Source: Neoechinorhynchus agilis
Taxonomy: Eukaryota > Animalia > Acanthocephala
Length of the DNA: 64,000 nt
NCBI GenBank assembly: GCA_051530055.1
Contig: CM121341.1
Location: forward strand, 15,974,784 to 16,038,783
Direction of reading: 5' to 3'
Shown here piece by piece: positions 49,522 through 61,133 of the stretch. The first letter of the stretch is position 1. Every line of letters begins with the position of its first letter. The position numbers were made by a program, and so were the translations under genes. The notes under the pieces were generated by a model that saw only the letters and a list, made by a program, of their open reading frames with translations, searched no databases and had not been told where the DNA came from.

Positions 49522-50070
49522 TTGGAATACCGTGCTTTGTTGTTTGAGAACCACTGTTATAGTCACCAATCAAAAGTTCGAGAAGTGGAAGCTGTGGCAA
49601 AGAGTGAATCACGTTCATCGCGCCAACGCCGTGGGCGATATTCAGCTTCCAGTGATAGCCCAACACGAGCCGTAACTGCGTATGGACGACGTAATTCGTT
49701 GAGTGGCAATAAAAGGCGTCGTTCGCCAGATCCGACGAATACCAAGTCTAATGAGCCACAGTCCAAAGTAAGGCAGCACGAATCAGGTCGTCGATCCAGT
49801 TCTCTTGATCAAATTACCCGTGCACTACAAAACCAGGCCAGGAGAGCAGATATTGAGGATAGAAGGCGTAGAAGAGAAAACAGTCGACGTCGACAGCGAT
49901 CACCATTCCACCAAGGCGGAGGACGTAAACAACCGTCTCCCATTCGACCTCCAAGCCGATCAAGTCGAAGACGATCAGGAAATGAGCGCAGAAGTAGAGG
50001 TTATGAACGCAACGCTTCGCCACCAACTCAAATTTCATCGTCATCGTTCAACTCGCGAAGACGCCGTTAG
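49522..50070 (+). CDS. Arg/Ser-rich (SR-like) terminal exon; upstream exons probably within 48600-49530, unresolved
   Basis: Long ORF dense in RS/RR/SP dipeptides; acceptor TTATAG at 49562; N-terminal domain not identified. Confidence 0.55.
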   Translation: MEYRALLFENHCYSHQSKVREVEAVAKSESRSSRQRRGRYSASSDSPTRAVTAYGRRNSLSGNKRRRSPDPTNTKSNEPQSKVRQHESGRRSSSLDQITRALQNQARRADIEDRRRRRENSRRRQRSPFHQGGGRKQPSPIRPPSRSSRRRSGNERRSRGYERNASPPTQISSSSFNSRRRR

Positions 50071-51454
50071 CGCGTTCATTTGGTTTAGCCAATAAACCTG
50101 TGATGAGATATCTATTGCTGTGCGGAAACTATTTAGAGCTTATCGATCAAAGAAACAATAAGACAAACATTTAAGCTAGTTAATTTCTTGCGCTGCGTAT
50201 TTTGCCCCGCCGGATGCACGTTCCAATGAATTCGATACAACGCGAAACCATTAGACCGCTACCATCAATAAGTACATCACGAATCATGTAAAATACTACG
50301 GAATATTAAGCTGGATACTATAATCATCTGTATTTTTTGTATACACGAAATAGCAACGCGAGCTCGCTTTGCCTGAGGAATATAAAAACACCCTTTACTT
50401 TATTTTGCACGGAAAATACCATTGTTGTAAGTAAACAATCGCAATTATTTATCGAAACTTTACATATCGAAGGTCCTTCATACATGAAGATCAATGTACA
50501 GGATTGACTTAGACGCACAATCGTGTTGCTTCATGGGAAAAGACGGACAAAATGTCAAAAGACGAAAACTTTTTCTTGTTATTAAGAAAAACCTACAAAC
50601 AAAATGCAATCAGTTGAATGCTTGGAAAAAGTATTTTGAGGATTGAAGGTAAAAGAAACATTACACAGAATTAAACCTTAAACGTAAATGTAAAAAGACA
50701 TCAATGGAAATAGATTTTAATGACGAAGTGAACTAATTATTTAGAAAAAATAAAAAATGCTAGAAGTGGAATGCAGAGAAAATAGATTTTTAGGATTGAG
50801 GGTAAGAAAAAATAAACCGAAAATGTGAAAGTTATTGATTACTTTTTTAAATATCTAAGCACTCAAATTTCTGATGCGAACGGTGAACCTACTTTTCCTC
50901 GAGGACGCATACAGCACTCCCCTTCCAGCTGATTCTCTGATAAAAATAGTTAGTTGCACCTGGAATATATTGTTGCAACCAGCCATTTTCCCCCTTTGGC
51001 TAAAAATTCAGCGGTGCAGAGGTGTTTGGTTCGGCGGAACCAATTGCCTCAATGGCGAGAGGTCGGAAAATGGAGAGCGAAGGATCAAGGCATTTACATT
51101 TTTCAGTTTTTTGGTCTTCACACCACTTCACCGGCCCCTGAAACTGTAGGGGAAATTTTGCTTTCGCAATCATATTCGGGCGTGTAAAATTAATAATCTA
51201 AATAAATAAAATCTCACGGAGATAAAGATAGTTAATTACTAAGAAAAATATACAAAGCAAATACAGTAAAAGGCATGTCGAAAATTTTACGATTAAGGAT
51301 AAAAATGAAACAGAATAAAAATTAAACGAAAATGTAAAAGTGCATTAATGGAAGTGACTAAATTTTCATGCGTTAAGGATTCTTGGCAAAAACAATATGA
51401 CCCATAATGTAAAATTTTCAACAAGATAAAGTTCTCTTTATCTTAAAAGCGAAA

Positions 51455-51715
51455 ATAAAACACACGAATGATTTAGCGATCATTCCTGCAAATTCGTATC
51501 TTTGATTTGAGAACGCGTGCACGTAATTACTGCCTTTGCTCCACTTTATCATAAAAGGGAAGGTGCTACACACGAATGATTTGGTGATCATTTCCTGTAA
51601 TTTCATTTCATTGATTTGAGAATGTGTGCACGTTATCAATTCAACACATGAATGCGTTAGCGGTACTTTTTTATAAACTCGTATCTTTGATTTGAGAACA
51701 CGTGCACGTTATCAT
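51455..51715. repeat. Imperfect ~108-bp tandem repeat (2.5 copies)
   Basis: ACACACGAATGATTT and TTGATTTGAGAA..GTGCACGT recur at about 51460, 51568 and 51680. Confidence 0.8.
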
Positions 51716-51879
51716 TGTCTGTGAACCATTTTAAAATTGAAAATGTAACTCACGGATGTTATCGCGATCCTTCATGTTAATTCGTATCATAAGTGCGTAG
51801 CGGCATTATCAGGAATTGTGGGGTAGAATCGGGTAGCGGACGTTCGATGAATGGTGAATTTTTAACATTTCAGTCAGTG

Positions 51880-52820
51880 CATCCAAGTTGCACTTTCGAC
51901 ATGTGTAAAGTGAAGCTGCGCCCGTGGGAACCCTTCTCGGGATTAGTATGTGGATGAGGTGTTGATCTTCTACGGGGAGACGCCTGATGTAGAAGAAATG
52001 AAACAGGAGCTCAATACAAGTGACACAACCGGGCAATTAGGAGTGACAGGTGACAAAGCGGAGAACTATTTACCCTTCCTTAACTTGCGATTTAAGACCG
52101 ACGATGTGACCACATCTTAATTGTATCACAAGCCTTGCAAGAAAGCCATATTTATGCATCCTTGGGTGATGAAAGGCTTTGCCGTTGGGAGGCAAAACCG
52201 ACTGTTCGTTCACAACGCTTAAGGGAACCGGGAAATCGGGAGGCTTCAACGTGGAGCAGAATGGGTTGACGGACGTTCGAGTAAGAAGGAAAGGAATAGC
52301 GATTCCTTGCCGATCCTCCCATTCAGTAACGAAACATTTTCGAGCGACAGCAGGAGCTGGTTCACATTATGACACCAACATTACAGAGCATTCTAACAAA
52401 GACATCGCACCACGAAAAAGCGCCAAAATACCTGATATCGTACCTTACCAGCAAGTATGCGGGTAGCAATGCAGAAGGCCGGACGTCTCCGGAAAGCAGC
52501 AGATTATTTAATCGTTTTAGACAATGGTACATTTGTGAAGAGGGTTCCGCATCGATCGCACACATTCGGTATTGTTCGATGTTTAGTTCCCTGCTCTCAA
52601 TCGCAAACGTTTGGCCGGCATCCTTAGGAAACTGTTCAACCGGTCTCTTGTAAGTTCTCAATTCTACAAAATACGATGATATCGTCATCGGTCAATACTG
52701 CATTTCTGTATCGGCTTCCGGAGATTCACAAACCAAATCTTCGATACTGTCCTATTATCGCCAGCAATATGTGCTTTTATCACCTGTTATCTAAAAATAT
52801 CAATGCGATTTAAGAATTGA
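51880..52820. mobile_element. Scrambled Penelope-like RT remnants
   Basis: Plus-strand APVGTLL, YVDEVLI, LPFLNLRF and PIIAS..YHLLSK fragments. Confidence 0.55.
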
Positions 52821-52984
52821 CACAACAACTTGACCCACAGGGTTTATAAAAGACAATACTCTAATTACGATAAGGCGAAAATCGGACAAACGATGCAATA
52901 CACTAAGAAGAGAATCACCTAACATGAGCAGGTCTATCGCCGATTTGAACGCTCATCCGATATATCCAACCACCAGGTCACTAT

Positions 52985-53220
52985 GCAATATTGCATTGGC
53001 AGCAGTATCTACAAGAGAATCGGGCGCTTGGCTCAACGCTATCCCGATCGTTCCCTTTGGCGTCGAGATACTCGGGTCGTTCGCTATCGCCGCGCAGGAC
53101 CGGATCAAGCAATTGTCCAAGAGCAAAACATGCTGTGCAACGGGGAACGCTGGATCCGTCCTTTCAACCGTTACATCAAGAAGGCAGCTGAATGATCAAG
53201 AGCGGTGATGTGAATGTACC
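52985..53220 (+). mobile_element. CRE-like internally deleted 3' fragment
   Basis: LAAVSTRESGAWLNAIP fused to PFGVEILG...RGTL/GNAGSVLSTVT; matches 35280-35990. Confidence 0.8.
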
Positions 53221-53344
53221 GGCCAACGATGTATTAAAAATCAATGGGAAAAATACCACACAACGCCGGGAGACAAGCATGCATGCTTTCCCCAAACCTC
53301 TGGAATTTCGATAATTGTCCACTCGTCAATACCATCTTTTTCGC

Positions 53345-53575
53345 AGCCCAAGAAGAGTTTTATCTTCAGGTATCGTTTATTTCTTAGTGATTTTAATGTT
53401 AGGAAGAGTCACAATGTCTTACCATTTCACAGGGCGACAAAGAAAAAGGCAAGGACTAAGCGTAACAAGGAACTGTAAACGCGTGGTCTTTAATGAATAT
53501 GATATGCAGATGGGATTTATCGAGTTCGCCACTCTCCAACTTCTCAATATTTTTACTGAATCCAGAGCTCTATGA
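53345..53575 (+). pseudogene. Cyclic-nucleotide phosphodiesterase (PDEase_I) C-terminal fragment with 1-nt frameshift
   Basis: QEEFYLQ | GT-AG intron | GDKEK, then in a shifted frame (R)QGLSVTRNCKR..MQMGFIEF, matching PDE EEFFxQGDKE..GL...CDR..QIGFIDF. Confidence 0.55.
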
Positions 53576-54179
53576 CCCATGTCCATGGAAAAGGACGGTG
53601 TTGACGACTAGATAATTAAAGAAAATGCATTGCGTCACAACCTGATGAGGAATATGGCGAAGCTCCAACACTTAAAGACCAAATCTAAGCAATTGCCTAG
53701 CGGATGGTTTTTAAGTAGCGGATTTTCCAAGAATTTAATAGAGTTGTATTGAGAATGCTGACCAGATTCGCACAAAGTGCTTCCACGGCGGATCCAATTG
53801 GTCGGATACGCTAAAAATGGGCATAGTTCGAATATTTTATTAAAAAATTGTTTTTTAGCAGTCTCGCTCATAGATGATTTTCTGGAAGGAACATTACTGC
53901 GGTTAAGATCCTAGACTTGTTCGGTTTCGAAGCTAAAAGAAATTCATCAATATTAAAGTTCCAAATAAATTATTTTTCATTAAAAAATGGGCATGGGTGG
54001 GATGGCATAGGCACTACACGTGTGGCACAGAAATATCTGCTCTATAAGCTTCGAATGGGAAATTTCTCCTGTCCGACTCGCAGCTTTAACTTTCTAACCA
54101 ATAGAGCGCCCATTCAACAATGTCCTCTAATATTCGGCATATAAATCTTTCTGGACTTATCGTTTATATCACCATCCGG

Positions 54180-54890
54180 TAAATGATTATTCATTAAAAA
54201 CGTTTTGAATCTCGTCGAGTTCATCATCAGTTCTAAAATACAAGTTGTGAAATAGTTATTCTGCTCTCAAGCGCGCTTATAATTGGTTGTGTTGTTTCAT
54301 TTTTTTAACCATGAAGACAGAGCTTGTATCCTCGTTGGTCATTCATGTCCGGTTTGCGTTCTTTGATTAAGAAGGCTTCCTTAATTAAGGGTCGGAAATT
54401 ATTGCGTTGACTTGCTAAAGCCATTGTTCGGTCATAATTGACCACGTGACCGGTTTGCACCTCGTGTAGTGCAATATTCGACGCTACCGCCTTCTGAGTC
54501 TTGGACAGTTTATGTTCTGCGAATCTCGTTTTCAGATTCGGGCCTGTTTGTCCGATGTAATTGTTGTTGCATTGGCTACAAGAAACTTTGTAGACAGCAG
54601 CCCTTTTTTCTAGTTTCTGGTATTTCCGGGAAATGAGGTTTCCTATCAGCACAGAAGGTTGAAAATAAAATTGGCATTTTATCGATAGACCGCAACTCCT
54701 GATTGTCCTCGAGATCTTGTTACTCCAACAGTTGCTGCACTCCAATGCGTAGTCCATTCGATTCGGGTCCACGGATATGTGTTTTTTGACTGGATGTTCC
54801 TCACACAGCCCAGTTGCTCTCACACTGAAGTACGAACTTCTTTGTTGGATTTCGTCACTGAGGCATTCCTCACCGCAAGCATTCATTGTG
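54180..54890 (-). mobile_element. Penelope-like GIY-YIG ORF (54305..54886) plus pLTR with mutated hammerhead (54195..54236)
   Basis: AVYKVSCSQCNNNYIGQTG..KTRFAEH; downstream CTGATGA-stem II-AAAA (G12 to A)-CGTT. Confidence 0.85.
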
Positions 54891-55142
54891 TCATAAGGAA
54901 AACGTAAGAATCATCATCCTTTTCTCTCTTGATACACGATCTCAGCATCACATATTAAATTCACCGATAGCTTGTTCATTGAACGTTCATTTAAACAATT
55001 ATTTCCATTGATTTCGCGACAAAATTTTGCCTTTCTTTCGTATTCATTTTTTTTATAATCAATAATTTAATATCAGATGTCTCTTTTTGTAATGTAAAGA
55101 TATTGTACATAAGATAATTTGAAGATTGGTGAATTTATTAAA

Positions 55143-55284
55143 ATTAAATTAAATTGTCAATTAAATTCGAATTTTCGACCCTTTCGTGGCTCTTCGTCAG
55201 GTATTTAAAAACTTACAAACAATATCCTGACGAAGACCCACGAAAGGGTCGAAAATTCGAATTCAATTAACAATTTAATTTAAT
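55143..55284. ncRNA. ~60-bp inverted repeat whose arms each carry a hammerhead core on opposite strands
   Basis: Plus strand: CTGACGA at 55227-55233, stem II GACCC/GGGTC, GAAA at 55251-55254, then ATTC; mirror copy on the minus strand from 55200 downward. Confidence 0.7.
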
Positions 55285-55321
55285 CATTTTGTAATTACAG
55301 AATTTTATTTCGCAGTCATAT

Positions 55322-55450
55322 CAAATCCGCATTAACCATACGTTATGATTGTTCGGCAGCTTCCTTGATGGCAGTGGCATTGCCGCGTTGGATCGCCGCG
55401 TTGATTCGCTGCAACAGGAAGCTGCTGGAGCGCATATCGCCGGTGGCTAG
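55322..55450 (-). mobile_element. Ultra-short CRE-like 3' end insertion
   Basis: DMRSSSFLLQRINAAIQRGNATAIKEAAEQS*; twin of 31079..31190. Confidence 0.8.
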
Positions 55451-55599
55451 ATAATTTTTTATTAATTTCCATATGTGGCTTAGAACGAGATTTTCGTTTC
55501 GATTGTGTGAAGAATGGTTTGTTATACTTTGCGTCATTTCCGTTTTCAATCCCCAAAAATGATCAGTCATAGTTTGTGTTGGTTTTTCGATTTCTCTAG

Positions 55600-56646
55600 A
55601 TGGCGTCCGACGCAGAGCTTTTAGATACCTTTAAACCTCAAACTGCCAGTGAATCGCCTGTCCCAGCATTTGTTCGAGATAACCTTGCAATTGAAGACGT
55701 AGGTCTTCCCAATGATCGTGATAACTTTGAAGTGGACGCGATCGACGCATACAAACGTTTTGCAAAAGAACGCAAAGATAAAGGAAGGCGGAGCCGTGTA
55801 GACAGGGACACCGGTACAGTTCCGATTCCTCAGCGGTATTTCATAGATGAGGCGAGACGAACTGTGTCGGAGATGCACAGTTGTAATACCAAAGACCGCG
55901 CAGCAATCGAATCTAAAGGTCCTACTCCGTTGCACCGGTTCAAGTATTTACCGGTCATCAAGGAACAGTTGAGAAAGCACCGCAAGGATTTTAAGGAATG
56001 TCTGATTGAGGCTGGATTCCTGGAAGCGTGTAGAGCATGGTTGCGAGCCTATAAGGATTACTCGATGCCTGGAGTCGATTTACAAACCAGCGATGAACTC
56101 GTAAACGGTTTCTTGTGAATTCATGACTGGTACTTACAAGAGGGAATAGTCGATTGCCTCGAGCAACTTCCAACGCCAAACTTTCGAGCTGTTATAGAGT
56201 CGGAAATTGGAAAGTCCCTTCGATTAATATACGCTCTGCCTGAGCAAGTTCCTCGGATAAAACAAAAGGTTGACGTTGTCCTGACCAGATGGGTTCGCGG
56301 ATACATTCAAGCTGATTCTGATTCCGACTCCTGCAGAGTTCCGGTTGCATCGGAACTTGTCAAGAAACGCAACCTGCCAAACGAGATCGACTTATTGGTC
56401 GATGTGGACGAATCACAAGACAAAACTGGAAAGTCTGCTCCGACTATGGCTTTTTATTCTTTTAAAGTAGCTCCACCTCACGCTGTTGCTGATGCTGAGT
56501 GGTCCAAATCGGTACAGCGATCCAAGATGAAAGACCATAATGCTGGAGTGCAATTCAAATTCACAAGCTTAAGTAAGAAAATGAACGCTGTTAAGACTCC
56601 GAGTGCTCATAAACATAAAGGAAGAAAAAGTGGTCCTGGCAAGTAA
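55600..56646 (+). CDS. IWS1: IWS1/Spn1 transcription elongation factor (2 exons, short intron near 56101-56142)
   Basis: KDFKECLIEAGFLEACRAWL...SMP, then GIVDCLEQLP...SEIGKSLRLIY..P......KVDVVLTRWVR (TFIIS-N/IWS1 domain). Confidence 0.85.
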
Positions 56647-57367
56647 ATGTTTAGAAATAAAGTCATCAAAAGGTTAGACAGTTTTGGAGCACTCCCCATC
56701 TGTAATAGCATAGACAGAGGAGCTTTCACCAGAAATGGGCCTTTATATCCCGAATTAATCATTTTAGTGAAAAAGTTTGAATACCTTCATTTCAACGATT
56801 AAATGATATTCTTATGTATATTTATTTAAATGTCATGTGCAAACACACATCAGTCACTCTTTCAAAAATTTCATAAGAATTGCCATAGAATTTGATCCAG
56901 GCAAAGGAGCAAGACTGAGTGTAGGATCGATCTCATATTCCTCAGTCTATTCTTGATGCCTCAGGAATGTATAAAAGTGAACCTCTGCTATTGGATTTAG
57001 CATCCCACGTGGGAATTTTTCTCGGGATGTATCTCCTTTACCACCCAATTTGACTATATCCGCATAGCATCTCAATCTGAAACTGTGATCATAAATAAAT
57101 ATTTTTTTGAAGATTGACCAGCCGGTAACTTATATCAATATGTGGCCTTCAAGTTGTTCGAATCCGTTACCACCAATGACGCACAACCAAAAGGGGACAA
57201 AATACTGCTGAAGGGAGGAAACTCACTGATGAGTCCCGCCTCCTGGAGGTATCCGAGGATCCAGAGGAATGTACAAACTCGTACCGGTTGGTTAAGTGCA
57301 TTGAGTGATTTATTTACTTCTCTGAACCAGATCGGTGGGCTGTGTGCCCGACAATTATTAGCCGTGA

Positions 57368-57704
<337 letters not shown>

Positions 57705-58349
57705 TTACATTTGCATGAATATAGCCAAAATGCTATGACTTAATGCCAGGCCTACATTTACCCGCAATTTAGATTGGCGTGAGATCACGACAGTACTGAC
57801 CGATTTCCACATTCCCATAATCCCATCTAGCTAAAAGCCAAAATTCATCCAAACAAAATTGATGGTATCCTCTATGGTAAATTTGATGATCCACATATCT
57901 ATGCAGTTGTGAATACCATTAAGGTTCTCGGAACATGCAGCAATATCAATATCCAATTGACTTCTTCCCCCCCCCTCCCGGCGTATGAAAATACGGTACA
58001 GAACACAGAACAATGCTCCAAAAGATCTTTATCAAGCATCACAACAAACGTAAAAATTGCTATACGATACTCCCGGGCAACGCCGGTTAAAAAGGCTAGT
58101 CGATTATATTTACGTTGCTTTTATCGAAATCACATAATTCTCGAGACTACTGAGCGCATGCAAACGCATGTAAATGGCGACGTTATCTTCTTGAAGTCCC
58201 TTCGAATTTAAAACACAGATTTTAAACCGGTACTATTCTACGATTTAGAAATTAACATCAAGCAAATAAGCAGTGAGAAATTAGAGTGCAATAAAAGAAA
58301 ATTCTCAAAAAATGCTTAGTTGACATTTGAATAAATAATGGAGATGTCC

Positions 58350-58462
58350 AAAGAATAAGCCTCGCAATCCAACGAGGAAATGCGGTCAGCGCCCGGGGGA
58401 CGATTTAATCTAAAATTGTCCTTTAAAAAGAAACAAACAAAATAAGTATATAATAATACCAA
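58350..58462 (+). mobile_element. ~113-bp CRE-like 3' end insertion absent from the paralogous locus
   Basis: QRISLAIQRGNAVSA plus an A/TAA-rich tail; empty site GGAGATGTC|GAATATATT at 33660-33680. Confidence 0.8.
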
Positions 58463-58947
58463 ATATATTAAATTTGTATTATTTCTAAAAATATTAAGAA
58501 TTTATAAATGCAAATTTAGGTGTCTAATTTCAAATTGTAATTTCTCAGCAAAAATAAATTCGATTTGAGAAATCAATAAATCTGATTCAAATAAATAAGA
58601 TAACTGTTAACAATCATAGTGCAGCTTTGGCAGCAATTTCGTTTTCTTTGTGATGTTGGTCGTAAATGATTCATTTGGAATTCAAAGGTAAGTTCTTTTA
58701 TGTGGAAAATACTTAGGCGCACTTCAGTAGAGCAACTTTATGCTACATGGAGGTTGCTTTTCAAAAATGAAGACCGCGAAAATTATCCTCCTGCACAAAG
58801 TGAGTAATTTTATTGTTTAAAACAAAGAAAGTCAAAACTGGTCTTCCTTGAAAACCAGGGAACTATATTTTAGAATTTAGTGAATCAGGCACGAATTGAT
58901 ATATAAGACGGCATTCAAATTTTTTTCTGTAACCTCAAGAACCACTG

Positions 58948-59091
58948 ATGGCTACTTTTTTAGTTAATGCTGCTATATTCGCGGTAACTGGACCGTTACT
59001 TCCCCTGTTCAAAAAATTATGGAGATGCACTATCGGACGTCTTTTTAAACCCAAAGAAAAGCCTGAGGAACAACTGAAGAAAGCAAAATAA
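58948..59091 (+). CDS. 47-aa orphan peptide (short paralogue of 32626..33183)
   Basis: MATFLVNAAIFAVTGPLLPLFKKLWRCTIGRLFKPKEKPEEQLKKAK*; intact ATG and stop with conserved flanks. Not in the ORF track because it is under 60 aa. Confidence 0.55.
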   Translation: MATFLVNAAIFAVTGPLLPLFKKLWRCTIGRLFKPKEKPEEQLKKAK

Positions 59092-60270
59092 ATCTCGGAC
59101 ACAAACGACATGCGCGTTTCAATAAATCGTGATTTTTATGTCGATTTAATTAAGATTTCATTTGCATTTTATTAATTTCACTACAATTATAAAATACACA
59201 CGTTTTAAATAGCAAACTGCAATGATCTAAAATATCGCCTTCAGCATTCCATAAGCGTCATAAGGAGGTTCAAGAGTTGTTAGTGATTCTAAAGTTAATT
59301 AAAAAATGTTGAATACATATGAGAATTGGAGAATGTCAAAAAGAGTTTAGAACACACGTAGCTTTATGTATTATTCGAGCTACATATGATTTGAAGGGCG
59401 ACTATTTGTTATTTTTTAGCTGGCTAAATCTGATGCTCTACTTAGAAACTTCATTGTAAAAGGAACAAATCTAATATTGGTAGCGCTCCAAACTATAAAA
59501 TGTTGGCAATTAAAGGACCATCTAGACAGGCGGTGTTAGTTTTGAGAAACAATTCCTAGCAAATAAAAGTGTTCAAGGGAAAGTTTTCACAGAGTTCTAA
59601 AAGCACCGGAGATAAAAAGAGGTTATCTTAAAAAACGAACTCACAAAAAGTATGCCACGATTTTACAATCGGCTTTCATATTAAAACAAAGTCATCGATC
59701 GGCAGTGCTAAAATTTAACAGTTGACGGCCGAGTGGTTTTTAAATTCATCTCAATTGAACTATAATAATAAAACGTTTATTTGTTAAAATACAAAGAATA
59801 GGACCCAAACTATGGGAACCAACGCATTTAATAGTAGCATAAATTTCTTTCAATCCGGAGTGTAAGTAAGTCCCGAGTGTAAGTCCCGAGTGTAAAACCA
59901 ATAATCTAAATCGAATGTATCAGTTTTGACGTTTTAAAGGTTCTACTGCTGCTTCCTAGGACTAATTTTAGACCCTCTTCGTTCTCGAAGAGGTATCCAA
60001 CATGCAGTGCAAGAATGAAACTTTCGAGTACACGGAAACGTAGGCATTGAGCATTGACAACCATTTTAATAGAGCTCATTCTTCGGTTCCCAGTATATTT
60101 AGATGAGTTGAACCTTCAAAACGACAGAAATTTGTATTTTTTACTTGTAGAAATTCAAAGGATGAATCTTTTGACATTCATTGTTCGGTTTCAATTGTTT
60201 CTTCGTGTATTTAAGTAAACTACATGCAAAGTGCGAAAACTAAAAAGTACAACTACAAAGGGATTGAAAA

Positions 60271-60585
60271 ATGTCAGATTGGATCGTAGAGCACATCATT
60301 AACCTGATACTGATCATTGTGATGGGGCCGGCATACATTCTTGTAATTATAAGAAAATATGTAGTTAGATGGTTATTTGGAAAGGCAGTGACGATCGCAA
60401 AAAAGAAGGTTACGAAAAAGATTGAAGAAAAAAAGAAAAGTCTTATTTGGTTTGTGCTGTTCGTGATCCTGGGACCAAATTACATCTTTGTCGCAATCGG
60501 GAGGCGAATTTACAGATTTATAATGTCAAAATTCGGCAAAGGTAGTACAACTGAGACTACAACGCCAGAATCAACCGAAGCATGA
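60271..60585 (+). CDS. 104-aa orphan small membrane-like protein with two internal hydrophobic-GP-basic repeats
   Basis: LILIIVMGPAYILVIIRKYVVRWLFGK / FVLFVILGPNYIFVAIGRRIYRFIMSKFGK; AATAAA directly after the stop. Confidence 0.6.
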   Translation: MSDWIVEHIINLILIIVMGPAYILVIIRKYVVRWLFGKAVTIAKKKVTKKIEEKKKSLIWFVLFVILGPNYIFVAIGRRIYRFIMSKFGKGSTTETTTPESTEA

Positions 60586-61133
60586 ATAAAAAAGGACAAC
60601 AGTTTAGAGCTGGTATTCTCGAACAAACTCATTTCACGATTAAATCGAAAAATATAAGTGTGTCCGCGGGGATGGGATTTTGATAGAGAACTTGGTTTCG
60701 TTCGGGAGTTGAGCTTGAGGGTCTCTATTCAGGTGAATGTCTGGGAGCATTTCGATAATATGTTGGGATCAAAAATATGCTTACAGGAACAACTCAATGT
60801 TCTGTACAATATAAAACAATAAATTAAGAGATTTTGATAAGACGTGAATATCGGATATGACGAACAAAAGGAATTGATGAAATGATCACAGTAACAAACT
60901 AAATATTTGTAGAAGGCATCAGTAGATCGTAATCCCTCATCGCCTCAAAACATGTTCTAATAATTCAACAAAACACGGAATACTAACAAACACCTTATGG
61001 CATCACTGCGCTACATAGTTTCCCCAAGAAAGTTTGCTTGGGTCGTTTGGTTTTTAAAAGGAGGAGGTTGAGCGACTAGGATACGTGTCGTTGAATGGAT
61101 ATGTGTTTGTTTGAGGCGATCGACCGTTAAGTT

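Larger units (their letters stand above)
58210..59130 (+). repeat. Inverted segmental duplicate of 32580..33810
   Basis: Long near-identical blocks to the reverse complement of 33180-33810, and the 3' UTR CATGCGCGTTTCAATAAATC matches 32585-32625. Confidence 0.92.

Noticed and set aside
48600-49530. Weak resemblances to PRP38, SRRM1 (PWI), ZRSR2 or cyclin L upstream of the RS exon
   Set aside because: Matches fall in different frames and no consistent splice model was found; identity left open.
57215-57285. CTGATGA and a GCC-TCCTGGA-GGT segment suggesting a hammerhead or HDV-like ribozyme
   Set aside because: GAAA is in the wrong position for any hammerhead topology, HDV P1 and P2 cannot both be formed, and the 3-kb copy breaks the motifs.
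59855-59895. GTCCCGAGTGTAA short tandem repeat
   Set aside because: Only two to three copies; unremarkable.
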